Source: an uncultured virus (IMG/VR IMGVR_UViG_3300034375_008561) | Taxonomy: Duplodnaviria; Heunggongvirae; Uroviricota; Caudoviricetes | Direction: 5' to 3' (one strand) | Length of the DNA stretch: 64,000 bases | Virus record (IMG/VR): IMGVR_UViG_3300034375_008561 | Part shown: in pieces, positions 9,332 to 17,449 of the stretch | Layout: each line of letters opens with the position of its first letter | Position numbering within the stretch: position 1 is the stretch's first letter | Position numbers and translations under genes: made by a program | The notes under the pieces: model-generated | The model's database searches: none | The model's input: only the letters and a program-made list of their open reading frames with translations | Told to the model about the DNA's origin: nothing

Positions 9332-9790
9332 TTAATACTCTGTTATTATTTTATACTTAACTTTCAGTAAGCCAGACTCAAGGTTCCCAATGGAATCAAA
9401 TGCTGCTTTAGATAAGTCAAATACTCTTTTTGGATGAGGGATAAGTGGTCTTAATGCCCTGCCTTTTGAATCCATTTTATAGGGTCCTCTATCATTGACT
9501 CTAACTACAACCTTTTTGTTATTTTTAAGGTTTGTTATCTCAACAATAGTATTAAAAGGCAAGAAAGGGCTAGCACATGTCAACAAATTACAGTCATAAA
9601 TTTCCATATTTGCTGTTGTCCTACCATTCCATCTTTCACCATAGTATGACACTGTGCCATACTTAATCCCTTCTTCAGCCTCCATAGTGGGTGCTGATTC
9701 CGTATTCTCTACTTTAAGTGCTTCTGGTACAGATTCAGGTAAAATACCTAAACCCATAAATAGAAAGAACATTATTATAGTTTTAATCAT
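9332..9790 (-). CDS. rlpA: RlpA-like double-psi beta-barrel protein (putative lytic transglycosylase) with signal peptide
   Basis: GTVSYYG...GRTTANMEIYD...LTCAS..LPFNT.V...VVVRVNDRGPY...DLSKAAF. Confidence 0.88.
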   Translation of the reverse strand: MIKTIIMFFLFMGLGILPESVPEALKVENTESAPTMEAEEGIKYGTVSYYGERWNGRTTANMEIYDCNLLTCASPFLPFNTIVEITNLKNNKKVVVRVNDRGPYKMDSKGRALRPLIPHPKRVFDLSKAAFDSIGNLESGLLKVKYKIITEY

Positions 9791-10068
9791 TATTTGTATT
9801 GTTTAATTCTCTGCTTTAAATCACCTAAATGATATATTAATGTGTTAAGTTTAACAGATTTTTCAATGATTTCTAGATTAGCATTGCCAACAGTTTTGTG
9901 CGAGAAAGGACTGCTAATGAAGGATTTAATATCCCTAACACCAACAGTCACATACTCGTCACCATCATTAAACTGAAAATAATATTGTTTATACTCATCT
10001 AGAAACACATCAAACTTTCTGCCTTTGTACTCAAATTTGTCAACAAGCTTTAAGTTCATGTTCCCCAT
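9790..10068 (-). CDS. hypothetical protein
   Basis: 92-aa ORF. Confidence 0.65.
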   Translation of the reverse strand: MGNMNLKLVDKFEYKGRKFDVFLDEYKQYYFQFNDGDEYVTVGVRDIKSFISSPFSHKTVGNANLEIIEKSVKLNTLIYHLGDLKQRIKQYK

Positions 10069-10074
10069 TGAAGT

Positions 10075-10563
10075 CTACTTTTTATAGTTCTCTAATATAG
10101 CTTGTAATGCCTCATAATAAGGTGATTCTTTGTGCTCAGCTGCAAATTCATGCATATTTTCAGATTCCATCATCGCCTCAATTAAATCAAGAGCTTCTTG
10201 ACAGGTACAAGGGTTTTCACCACAAGGCTCAAAACTTTGTCCATCATTTGCTGCATCTTGAGCTAAATCAGCCATTATGCCAGCAAAAATCTTCTTCATC
10301 TCATCATCATTCTCATATTTGAGGTCATATAATGCTGCAAATGAACCTATTGCTGTTCCAATTAATAAGACCATCTCATCATCACTGAAACCAAAGTCTG
10401 GACCTGCTTGTTTGTCTAAAAATAAGTCAATGCTTACATAGTCACCATCTAAGGTCTTTGTACCTACTGTGTACACGACAAATGGTTTTTTCTGAAGCAT
10501 CATGTTCAATTCTTCAAAGAACTCTTCTGTTTGTATGGGCAATACCCAATTTACTTTTTTCAT
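10075..10563 (-). CDS. hypothetical acidic protein
   Basis: 162-aa ORF. Confidence 0.7.
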   Translation of the reverse strand: MKKVNWVLPIQTEEFFEELNMMLQKKPFVVYTVGTKTLDGDYVSIDLFLDKQAGPDFGFSDDEMVLLIGTAIGSFAALYDLKYENDDEMKKIFAGIMADLAQDAANDGQSFEPCGENPCTCQEALDLIEAMMESENMHEFAAEHKESPYYEALQAILENYKK

Positions 10564-10587
10564 AATATATTATTTTAGTTTAATTAT

Positions 10588-10908
10588 TTAATACTCGGCA
10601 ATATCAAATTGCTCTATGTCAAATGGGATTACTTTCCCTTTATAGGTCAATTCCCATGAAGTTTCAAAGTCATAACGCACATTTTCAAATGCCTCTGCAC
10701 ATTGTATAGGGATTTCAACACATAAATTCATATAACAAGTCCTTGTTATGTCTAAATTTAAGACTCCATCTATCTCTGCAACATACCCTATTGCTTCACT
10801 GCAATTGTTCTCCAATGCTCTTCTTGAAACTTCAGTTATTACACCTCTAATATGATTTACTGTCTGTTCAGCTTCTCTCAGCTTTTCTTCTAATTCTTTT
10901 TTTAACAT
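10588..10908 (-). CDS. hypothetical protein
   Basis: Probable start MLKKELEE at 10908. The longer track start lies in a hairpin at 10931-10953. Confidence 0.65.
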   Translation of the reverse strand: MLKKELEEKLREAEQTVNHIRGVITEVSRRALENNCSEAIGYVAEIDGVLNLDITRTCYMNLCVEIPIQCAEAFENVRYDFETSWELTYKGKVIPFDIEQFDIAEY

Positions 10909-11014
10909 TTTGTTTAGTTTTATGGTGAATGTGGGCACAAAGATTGCACCCACTTGTTCACCTAATTACTCTCAACGAAGAACCCCAAATTTCAAGGTAG
11001 AAAGTAATCAATTA

Positions 11015-11308
11015 TTACCATTGTCCACCATTATAGTTTTCACTTAGGTCATATGTTCCATCTGGATATCTTGGGGCTAAAGTGAAATGCATAGGTCCTT
11101 CAGCATCCATAGAGGCTGTTAATTCCTCATCATAGAATGTTTGGAGGTCTTTATACTTTATAGCTCTAGTTGTGACACAACCATCACAATCTTGACTATA
11201 ATAATTCACCCAAAAAAATCCATCCAATAACAATAGTTTAAGGATATCATTTTCTCTTTTTAAATTGACATCCGTCATAATACTATTACTTCTAGTCCTA
11301 CTCCCCAA
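11015..11308 (-). CDS. hypothetical protein
   Basis: ORF, true start may be MTDVNLK. Confidence 0.6.
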   Translation of the reverse strand: MGSRTRSNSIMTDVNLKRENDILKLLLLDGFFWVNYYSQDCDGCVTTRAIKYKDLQTFYDEELTASMDAEGPMHFTLAPRYPDGTYDLSENYNGGQW

Positions 11309-11844
11309 TTAAAGTTATCTCTAACTGCATCAAATGTATCAAATCTTTTATTGATATCATTTCTATCTGTCCATTGCATCGTTGATACAACTTTCCAACC
11401 TTTATAGATAGGGAATTTCAAATCAAAACCAAATTCAAAAGCACCTAATGTGGCTTGATTACTACCTCTAACAATAATTCCATAATTTATGAAAGGTGCT
11501 ATTGTATATTTATATTCAATCCCTGGTATAGGCATCCAATTAAATGAGTATCCAACTCCACCTGAATATCTAATGTATTTAGTAACACTAAGGTCTGCAT
11601 ATTCAAAGCCTGTCCTTACCTCAAGATTACCATAATTTGTAGGTATACCTTTCCAAAGCATAGTAATTCTTACATCAGGAGTAAACGGTTTATTTCCGTG
11701 GTCATCTTCCATGACTGCAAGTTTTACATCTTGTGTGAACATAAATGCTATTCGCTCAAACTTATCTTGTGCATATCCCTTTGTGCTAAGAAATAAAGCC
11801 AACAAAGTGTATATCATTATAAGTATTATAAAATTTCTTTTCAT
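11275..11844 (-). CDS. putative small outer-membrane beta-barrel protein
   Basis: Signal peptide ending KGYA/Q. Alternating amphipathic strands YSGGVGYSF, FEFGFDLKF, FNWGVGLEV. Confidence 0.65.
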   Translation of the reverse strand: MKRNFIILIMIYTLLALFLSTKGYAQDKFERIAFMFTQDVKLAVMEDDHGNKPFTPDVRITMLWKGIPTNYGNLEVRTGFEYADLSVTKYIRYSGGVGYSFNWMPIPGIEYKYTIAPFINYGIIVRGSNQATLGAFEFGFDLKFPIYKGWKVVSTMQWTDRNDINKRFDTFDAVRDNFNWGVGLEVIVL

Positions 11845-11847
11845 AAT

Positions 11848-12003
11848 TTAAGGTTTTGCTGTTAATATTTTGGAATCACATTTAATATATGATTCCATCT
11901 TTTGTTTCTTTGACTTGAGGCTATAACCTGCAATCCTATCTGGAGGAACAGCTGAGCCACAACTCATAAGTACTACGCTAAATAGATATAGGATTGTTTT
12001 CAT
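11848..12003 (-). CDS. small lipoprotein (51 aa, not in ORF track)
   Basis: MKTILYLFSVVLMS-CGSAVPP..., lipobox LMSC. Fills the gap between two co-oriented genes. Confidence 0.65.
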   Translation of the reverse strand: MKTILYLFSVVLMSCGSAVPPDRIAGYSLKSKKQKMESYIKCDSKILTAKP

Positions 12004-12007
12004 CACT

Positions 12008-12319
12008 TTAATGTGTTTCTTTTATTATTGTACAAACTTTGAATAGTCCTTCTTCTAGAGCATCTCTATAATCTTCATGACCTGTTTCATTATGGTCTAT
12101 ATGTCCTTCTACATTGTTTACTATAACCCAATCATATTCTAAGTCAATTGAATCACAAACAAAGACATCAAGATGCTGAATTTCTCTACACCATTTTTGT
12201 AACTCACAGAGCCACAGGTAATAGAAATCTTTAGAACTATACAAGCTTTCGATAGACTTACCAATAATTGCACTGGTAAACCCTATCTTTTTTGTTAATT
12301 CAATTAATTTATCTTTCAT
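12008..12319 (-). CDS. hypothetical phage protein
   Basis: 103-aa ORF (LQKWCRE...YRDALEEGL). Confidence 0.7.
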   Translation of the reverse strand: MKDKLIELTKKIGFTSAIIGKSIESLYSSKDFYYLWLCELQKWCREIQHLDVFVCDSIDLEYDWVIVNNVEGHIDHNETGHEDYRDALEEGLFKVCTIIKETH

Positions 12320-12364
12320 TTTATTATTATTAAAAAGGATAGGTGAGGTGGTTAAATAACCAAA

Positions 12365-12505
12365 TCATCGTATCCCATATACTTCTGCTAATACCCAAAT
12401 TATAGCCATAATGATAAAGTACAGAACAAAATATTGAGCTGTAAAATTCTCATCACCATTTTTTGGATTCCAAGGGCTACCTGCACTACTACCACTTAAA
12501 CTCAT
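12365..12505 (-). CDS. small single-pass membrane protein (46 aa, not in ORF track)
   Basis: MSLSGSSAGSPWNPKNGDENFTAQYFVLYFIIMAIIWVLAEVYGIR*. Confidence 0.5.
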   Translation of the reverse strand: MSLSGSSAGSPWNPKNGDENFTAQYFVLYFIIMAIIWVLAEVYGIR

Positions 12506-12523
12506 AATTACTGTATTATAGTA

Positions 12524-12556
12524 CATCTTGAGGTCTCATAATAGGACCTCAAGATG
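12524..12556 (-). terminator. 12-bp perfect hairpin after 12568-12909
   Basis: CATCTTGAGGTC / GACCTCAAGATG, extendable outward. No strong U tract, so it may be a stabilising or processing hairpin. Confidence 0.5.
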
Positions 12557-12567
12557 CACTGTTAATA

Positions 12568-12909
12568 TTACTTAGACTTTGAAATCTCAGCTAATTGCTC
12601 TTGCAAGAAGGCAACAGTTTCTAAATGCCCATCTAATTCTTCTTGTGCTGCTTCAACATGTCTTCGTTTTGAGAGAATTGTTATCAAGTAATCATCAGTA
12701 TCAGTAATCTGATATCCTTTGTTCACAAGAGCATTCTGTAAGCTCTCTTGTGCATTCTCAACGTTCTCTTCAAGAGACAAAGTGAATGCTTGTTTAACTG
12801 CAACCTGTGCAGTAAAAGCTGCTTTAGCTTTCTTTTGGATTTTCAATGCTAATACCTTGGCATCATCTCCCTCAATAAGGGCAACAATCGTTTTTAGAAA
12901 ATTGTTCAT
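12568..12909 (-). CDS. hypothetical coiled-coil protein
   Basis: 113 aa, helical Ala/Glu/Gln-rich. Confidence 0.75.
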   Translation of the reverse strand: MNNFLKTIVALIEGDDAKVLALKIQKKAKAAFTAQVAVKQAFTLSLEENVENAQESLQNALVNKGYQITDTDDYLITILSKRRHVEAAQEELDGHLETVAFLQEQLAEISKSK

Positions 12910-12924
12910 ACTGTTTGTTTTAAA

Positions 12925-13572
12925 TTAATTAATATTTCTCATTGGTGAAAAATCACTTGTTATTTGGAGTCCGTTATCCCTTATTTGGAGTCTGTTATCC
13001 CATATATTAGAACTTATTTGTGAAAATGTTGCTAACTCAGCCTCTGTTACCTTTTGATGTATTTTAACCATCTCTTTCATTGTAGCTTCATCCACAATTG
13101 GTTTGTGAATACTTATGTCAACAGTATCCGTGTGGCTAAAAATCCAACCACCATCAGTAAAACCTCTTTTATCTTTAATATTGCTGTTGCACTTTTTTGG
13201 AACTGGTCCACCCATATAGCAATTCATTTTACCACTATTTTCCCAATTTTCAGGACATTCATAACCAAAATCCCATGTGTTACTTTGAATAAACTCTTCC
13301 TTCGTTTTGAACCTATACATTTTCTCTTCCTCTTCTGCTCTTCCTTCAGAGTTTAATAATGAGAACAGATGTTGAGGTACATTCACGGAATATCTATTAT
13401 GTTCAGGATGCATCGTACCATGTTCATTATCAAATTCCTTAAGATAACCTCTTGTACACCAAGTCATATCTCCATGTCCCATCGCAGGGATATATTTCTT
13501 GATAGCATCAGACTTTACTCTCAACCAAATAACATCATCTTCATTTGGTGATATATATTCATATTCTTTCAT
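12925..13572 (-). CDS. hypothetical protein
   Basis: Probable start MKEYEY at 13572. Confidence 0.7.
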   Translation of the reverse strand: MKEYEYISPNEDDVIWLRVKSDAIKKYIPAMGHGDMTWCTRGYLKEFDNEHGTMHPEHNRYSVNVPQHLFSLLNSEGRAEEEEKMYRFKTKEEFIQSNTWDFGYECPENWENSGKMNCYMGGPVPKKCNSNIKDKRGFTDGGWIFSHTDTVDISIHKPIVDEATMKEMVKIHQKVTEAELATFSQISSNIWDNRLQIRDNGLQITSDFSPMRNIN

Positions 13573-13864
13573 AATTAAGATTTTGGCTATTAATACTAAA
13601 AAATATTGGCTACACACTCATACCAATAGACATCATTACAGTGAACCACAAAGGGCTGATGACTTTATCACTGCAACGTAGTGTGCTTAGCTTTGATAGA
13701 ATATCTTCTACAATCGCAAGTGATATATTTGTAGCTGCTGTTATACAACTTTAAGTGACTCATTCACTAGGTAGGTCACGCTACAAATACTATGTTTTAT
13801 TCATCCCAATTAGTACTTAGTGCTATTATGACACCTACTATTAAAACTGCTATTATTGTTGGAC

Positions 13865-14056
13865 TCATATTATATCGAATTCAGCTTGGATACTACCGTT
13901 AATCAAGTTAAATTGCTCAATAAACTTTAAGTTTCCGTGCTTGTTAAGTATGCTCTTTACCTCGTGATTCCATTGTACAATCACTGATATCCTACCTTTA
14001 AAAGGTGTTCTCACAAAAAATCTCTTTGATAAACTCTTTATTAAACTGTCCATCAC
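13865..14056 (-). CDS. hypothetical protein
   Basis: 63-aa ORF coupled to upstream ORF. Confidence 0.55.
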   Translation of the reverse strand: MMDSLIKSLSKRFFVRTPFKGRISVIVQWNHEVKSILNKHGNLKFIEQFNLINGSIQAEFDII

Positions 14057-14241
14057 ATCGGTATTATTAAATTATGGACAGCAATAGTGTTACAATCTAT
14101 AGCATCATGATAATCAGCCTGTGTGTTATCTATAACAACAAGCTCGTTATCTTTATCTATAATTATAGTAAGGTCAAAATATACCTCTACCAATTCTTCT
14201 GGTAATGCATCTCTCGTTATTATTCTAGGTTCTACTTTCAT
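14053..14241 (-). CDS. hypothetical protein
   Basis: 62-aa ORF with AT-rich leader. Confidence 0.6.
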   Translation of the reverse strand: MKVEPRIITRDALPEELVEVYFDLTIIIDKDNELVVIDNTQADYHDAIDCNTIAVHNLIIPM

Positions 14242-14257
14242 ATTATTTTATGTAAAA

Positions 14258-14508
14258 AGTTAAACATTTTGCTATTTCCTTCACGAATTATCTTGTGCCA
14301 CTGACCTACCACATGGTCCTAAGTGTTTAATTAACCCAACAGCTCGTGCCTTAATGGTTAAATGCATTTTACAGTCTCTTCTTGAAGGTTAGTATAATTG
14401 AGATTCACCCCTAAATAGCCTTAAACAAATGGGTTAAAGATGTTGTTATCTAAATATGATGCTCTGCTTTTTATGAGCCCTGTACTTCATAAAACAAAAT
14501 GTTCAACT
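14258..14508 (-). ncRNA. candidate structured RNA element (~250 nt)
   Basis: 14-bp closing helix 14258-14271/14495-14508 (G.U on minus strand) enclosing nested helices. No ORF. Confidence 0.55.
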
Positions 14509-14538
14509 ATTTAAGTATTTTATAATTAAATTTATACC

Positions 14539-15118
14539 CTGAGTGATGAGGTATTATACTGTCATTTTCAAGTCGTTTCCAACCTTGACACACACTTGAT
14601 GTAACTCCAAGTATACAGCATATTCACGAGTTGAGATGCTCGTCATCTTTACATTACAATATCATAAGATTACTTTCACACCACACTCTCTGTCGAGATT
14701 CACAGAGTACCCTCTGTTATGTAGATGCTACTAACTCTCTTTATCATGGTACTTGGAAGCACCTTAGACATCTCCATATCACAGAAGAATAAGAATATTT
14801 TAATCGTAATGTCTTAGCCTATTTTTCCTTTATCTTTAGTTTGATTTAGGAAACAGGTGAATAACTGAAGTTAGGATAAGTCTTGTTATCATGCTACCTT
14901 TTGAGTAGTTTAGATAAGACTTCAGTCTGCTTTTAGCTTGTCATGGCTTACTAACTGTTTAAATGCTAATGCTTTGTATTTCTACGCCCACATCTGTACA
15001 CTAAACTAATAACAACTCCGTCCCTGACAAGGACTACCATCATTATCTATCATATATCTTATTGTAATTTCTTACTCAACCACTTGCCTGTCAAATGGTT
15101 ATTAACGCTATCACTCAG
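14539..15118 (-). ncRNA. candidate large ornate structured ncRNA (580 nt)
   Basis: End-pairing CTGAGTGAT/ATCACTCAG, more than ten mutually compatible nested helices, complementary hairpin loops, no ORF of 60 aa or more. Confidence 0.7.
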
Positions 15119-15431
15119 TAGAGCCTTGCCACGTTAATAATAATATGATACCTTTCTATGGATTGGTGTGCATACGCAACCAACACAATCTGCTTTTCTT
15201 AATAAACAAATCATTTTATACCATTACTGGTTTATCCTTTTACACCTAAGGTGTGTAGTTATGAAGGCTAACTACTTCCTAAGCACAATGCTTAGTCTAT
15301 CTTCATTGGTGAGAAGTACTGTCTATGATTTCTCATGACAGATACTCCTACCAAATATTTCTTGCTATCATTATCAAATGATGCTTGCTCTTTTTTCAAA
15401 TCTTCTAAAAACTGTTCTTTTGCTGACATAA

Positions 15432-15854
15432 TTATTCTTGTATTTCTCCAAAGATTATTATTTCGATTTCTTGCCATGTATAACATTCTTTAAGGTCTGT
15501 GTTTAATGCACGTTCCTCAATCATATCAATGGTATTCATTGCTTTTTGTAATCCATAAGTGTTATGATTATGATAACACATCTCTTGGTACATATTAATT
15601 GTTTCGTCAACTAATGTATAAAGTATAACATCAGGGTCTTCATCTTCATTGTAGTATTCTACTTCAACAAATATCCAATCATCTTCTGAATCATCTAATG
15701 AATCATATATAACTTTAACTCCACCATCAACATGCTCTAATGTGATTTCACAACAGTTAGCATTGTTATGTTGATGAGGTTCACTTCTATTAGCCCAAGC
15801 AATTGTAAATATACATAGACTAATTACTAATAAAATAGGATATAAGTTTTTCAT
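15432..15854 (-). CDS. hypothetical secreted or membrane-anchored protein
   Basis: N-terminal hydrophobic signal, acidic body. Confidence 0.7.
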   Translation of the reverse strand: MKNLYPILLVISLCIFTIAWANRSEPHQHNNANCCEITLEHVDGGVKVIYDSLDDSEDDWIFVEVEYYNEDEDPDVILYTLVDETINMYQEMCYHNHNTYGLQKAMNTIDMIEERALNTDLKECYTWQEIEIIIFGEIQE

Positions 15855-15882
15855 AATGTTTGGTTTTAATAATGTTGATTAA

Positions 15883-16053
15883 TTATAATGTGTTATTTGT
15901 CTGATATTCTTTACCATTAATACTCCAAATTATAGAATATTCACCTGCATCATTAGCTCCTGACTGACCCACAAACTGTGGATTCATATCAATAGCATAT
16001 AACTCTGTTGGTGTGACTAGAGTTCTTTCTGGGGTAAGTGTTACATGTGCCAT
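15883..16053 (-). CDS. hypothetical small protein (56 aa, not in ORF track)
   Basis: MAHVTLTPERTLVTPTELYAIDMNPQFVGQSGANDAGEYSIIWSINGKEYQTNNTL*. Confidence 0.55.
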   Translation of the reverse strand: MAHVTLTPERTLVTPTELYAIDMNPQFVGQSGANDAGEYSIIWSINGKEYQTNNTL

Positions 16054-16121
16054 AGTATAAAATTTAGCTATTAATATATAATGTTTTGATAGATTTTGTT
16101 TATTGTTGATGTGAGATGTTT

Positions 16122-16153
16122 GGGTGAGAGCTCTCTTGACAACGCTCTCACCC
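16122..16153. other. GC-rich 10-bp inverted repeat
   Basis: GGGTGAGAGC / GCTCTCACCC in an AT-rich intergenic region. Confidence 0.6.
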
Positions 16154-16256
16154 TACACAATCCCTTAAAATATTCATAAAAAACAACCTAAAAGCTGTTA
16201 AATATAAATAATAATCAACATTACTAACCAAAATCAACCAATTATTCTCAATTAAG

Positions 16257-16293
16257 GGTTAAGATGTGCTACTATTGTTCACACATCTTAACC
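16257..16293 (-). terminator. 12-bp hairpin downstream of 16308-16580
   Basis: GGTTAAGATGTG / CACATCTTAACC. Confidence 0.55.
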
Positions 16294-16307
16294 AGGACAA
16301 GTCACTA

Positions 16308-16580
16308 TTAGATAGTAACTTCTGCAGGAGAATATTTCACTACACGATATGCAGTGTAATCTCCTTGCTCACCAGTTCTTGTCTCAGTCTGAAGACCAAG
16401 ACTTGAAATGTTGGCATCTGCTTGTAGTTCACCTACAAGGTCCTTATGGATACTAACAGCAACTCTGTTGTCATTATCCCAATGACGCATCCACTCTGTG
16501 GCATTCCCGTCACTATCCTTGGCAGTGTTTAGCTCCAACTTTGGAACACCAATCTTACCTTTAATATCAGTTAAAGTCAT
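16308..16580 (-). CDS. 90-aa early protein, paralog A
   Basis: 65/90 residues identical to 17098-17370 (manual count). Confidence 0.85.
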   Translation of the reverse strand: MTLTDIKGKIGVPKLELNTAKDSDGNATEWMRHWDNDNRVAVSIHKDLVGELQADANISSLGLQTETRTGEQGDYTAYRVVKYSPAEVTI

Positions 16581-16664
16581 AAGGCTTTATCAGGTATTAA
16601 TAATTCTGTGGCAATATCGCCAATACTTACCATCTCCTTAATAAACATAATTAGGGGATAGCAA

Positions 16665-16682
16665 GAATAAGTGAGGGTGTTG
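16665..16682 (-). promoter_or_regulatory. 18-nt repeated motif copy 1, putative phage promoter
   Basis: GAATAAGTGAGGGTGTTG on plus strand, 84 nt upstream of ATG 16580. Confidence 0.65.
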
Positions 16683-17010
16683 CAGTAGGGCTTTTATACC
16701 CTAATAACCCACTTTAGGTAAATTACATACTCGTGAGGTGAATCACCCAAATCACTTAAATATATAAGAGGAGCTAGCAACCCACTTAAGCGTTGCTATG
16801 TCTGCTCCAATAAGACCTGAGTAACTACTTCCCTTCTTCATGTGGTCTCAACACTAGTACCTGTCACAGTACTCGTACCTTTATATAGTTATGGTGCAAT
16901 AGCAGAGCTTGGGTCTTGAGTTGTAATTAAGTAGCACTGCCAAATCTGGAAGCCTACACACTCTGCTATTATACCCTAATATCATAATTAAAAAAAGAAA
17001 ATGAATGCAG

Positions 17011-17028
17011 GAATAAGTGAGGGTGTTG
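17011..17028 (-). promoter_or_regulatory. 18-nt repeated motif copy 2
   Basis: Identical GAATAAGTGAGGGTGTTG. Confidence 0.65.
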
Positions 17029-17097
17029 AAGGGAGGAGTGGAGTCAGTAAATGGCTCGAACCAGAATGCTTTCGCATCCTGGTTCTCGCCAAGCACA

Positions 17098-17370
17098 CTA
17101 CAGAGTCGTCTCTGCAGGTGCATACTTCACAATCCTGTAGGCAGTGTATGAACCCTGCTCTCCAGTCCTGGTTTCAGTCTGTAGACCCAAACTGTTCAGG
17201 TTCTTGTCAGACTTGATTTCAGCCACAAGGTCCTTATGGATTGAGACTGCTTCTCGTTCCTCATTGTTCCAGTGTCTCATCCAGTCTGTTGCGTTACCAT
17301 CTGCGTCCTTTGCAGTGTTAAGTTCAAGAGTGATAAGTCCAAGTTTCGCTTTGATTTCGGTAATAGTCAT
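17098..17370 (-). CDS. 90-aa early protein, paralog B
   Basis: Paralog of 16308-16580. Confidence 0.85.
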   Translation of the reverse strand: MTITEIKAKLGLITLELNTAKDADGNATDWMRHWNNEEREAVSIHKDLVAEIKSDKNLNSLGLQTETRTGEQGSYTAYRIVKYAPAETTL

Positions 17371-17431
17371 AATATTGGTGCGTACATTTCTCGCCAGAGT
17401 TAGTGGAGTATGCTGAATTGCACATCTCCGT

Positions 17432-17449
17432 GAATAAGTGAGGGTGTTG
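17432..17449 (-). promoter_or_regulatory. 18-nt repeated motif copy 3
   Basis: Identical GAATAAGTGAGGGTGTTG, 61 nt upstream of ATG 17370. Confidence 0.65.

Noticed and set aside
13656..13705. Hammerhead ribozyme core CTGATGA on the plus strand
   Set aside because: No correctly placed GAAA (GAAT instead) and no stems I/III found. It is also opposite to local transcription.
14585..15094. Long-range kissing pair TTGACA (14585) / TGTCAA (15089)
   Set aside because: Part of the second sequence is better explained as the stem of the local 15078-15100 hairpin
16665..17449. CRISPR array from the 18-nt repeats
   Set aside because: Only three copies, spaced ~350-420 nt apart with a gene between them, and no cas genes
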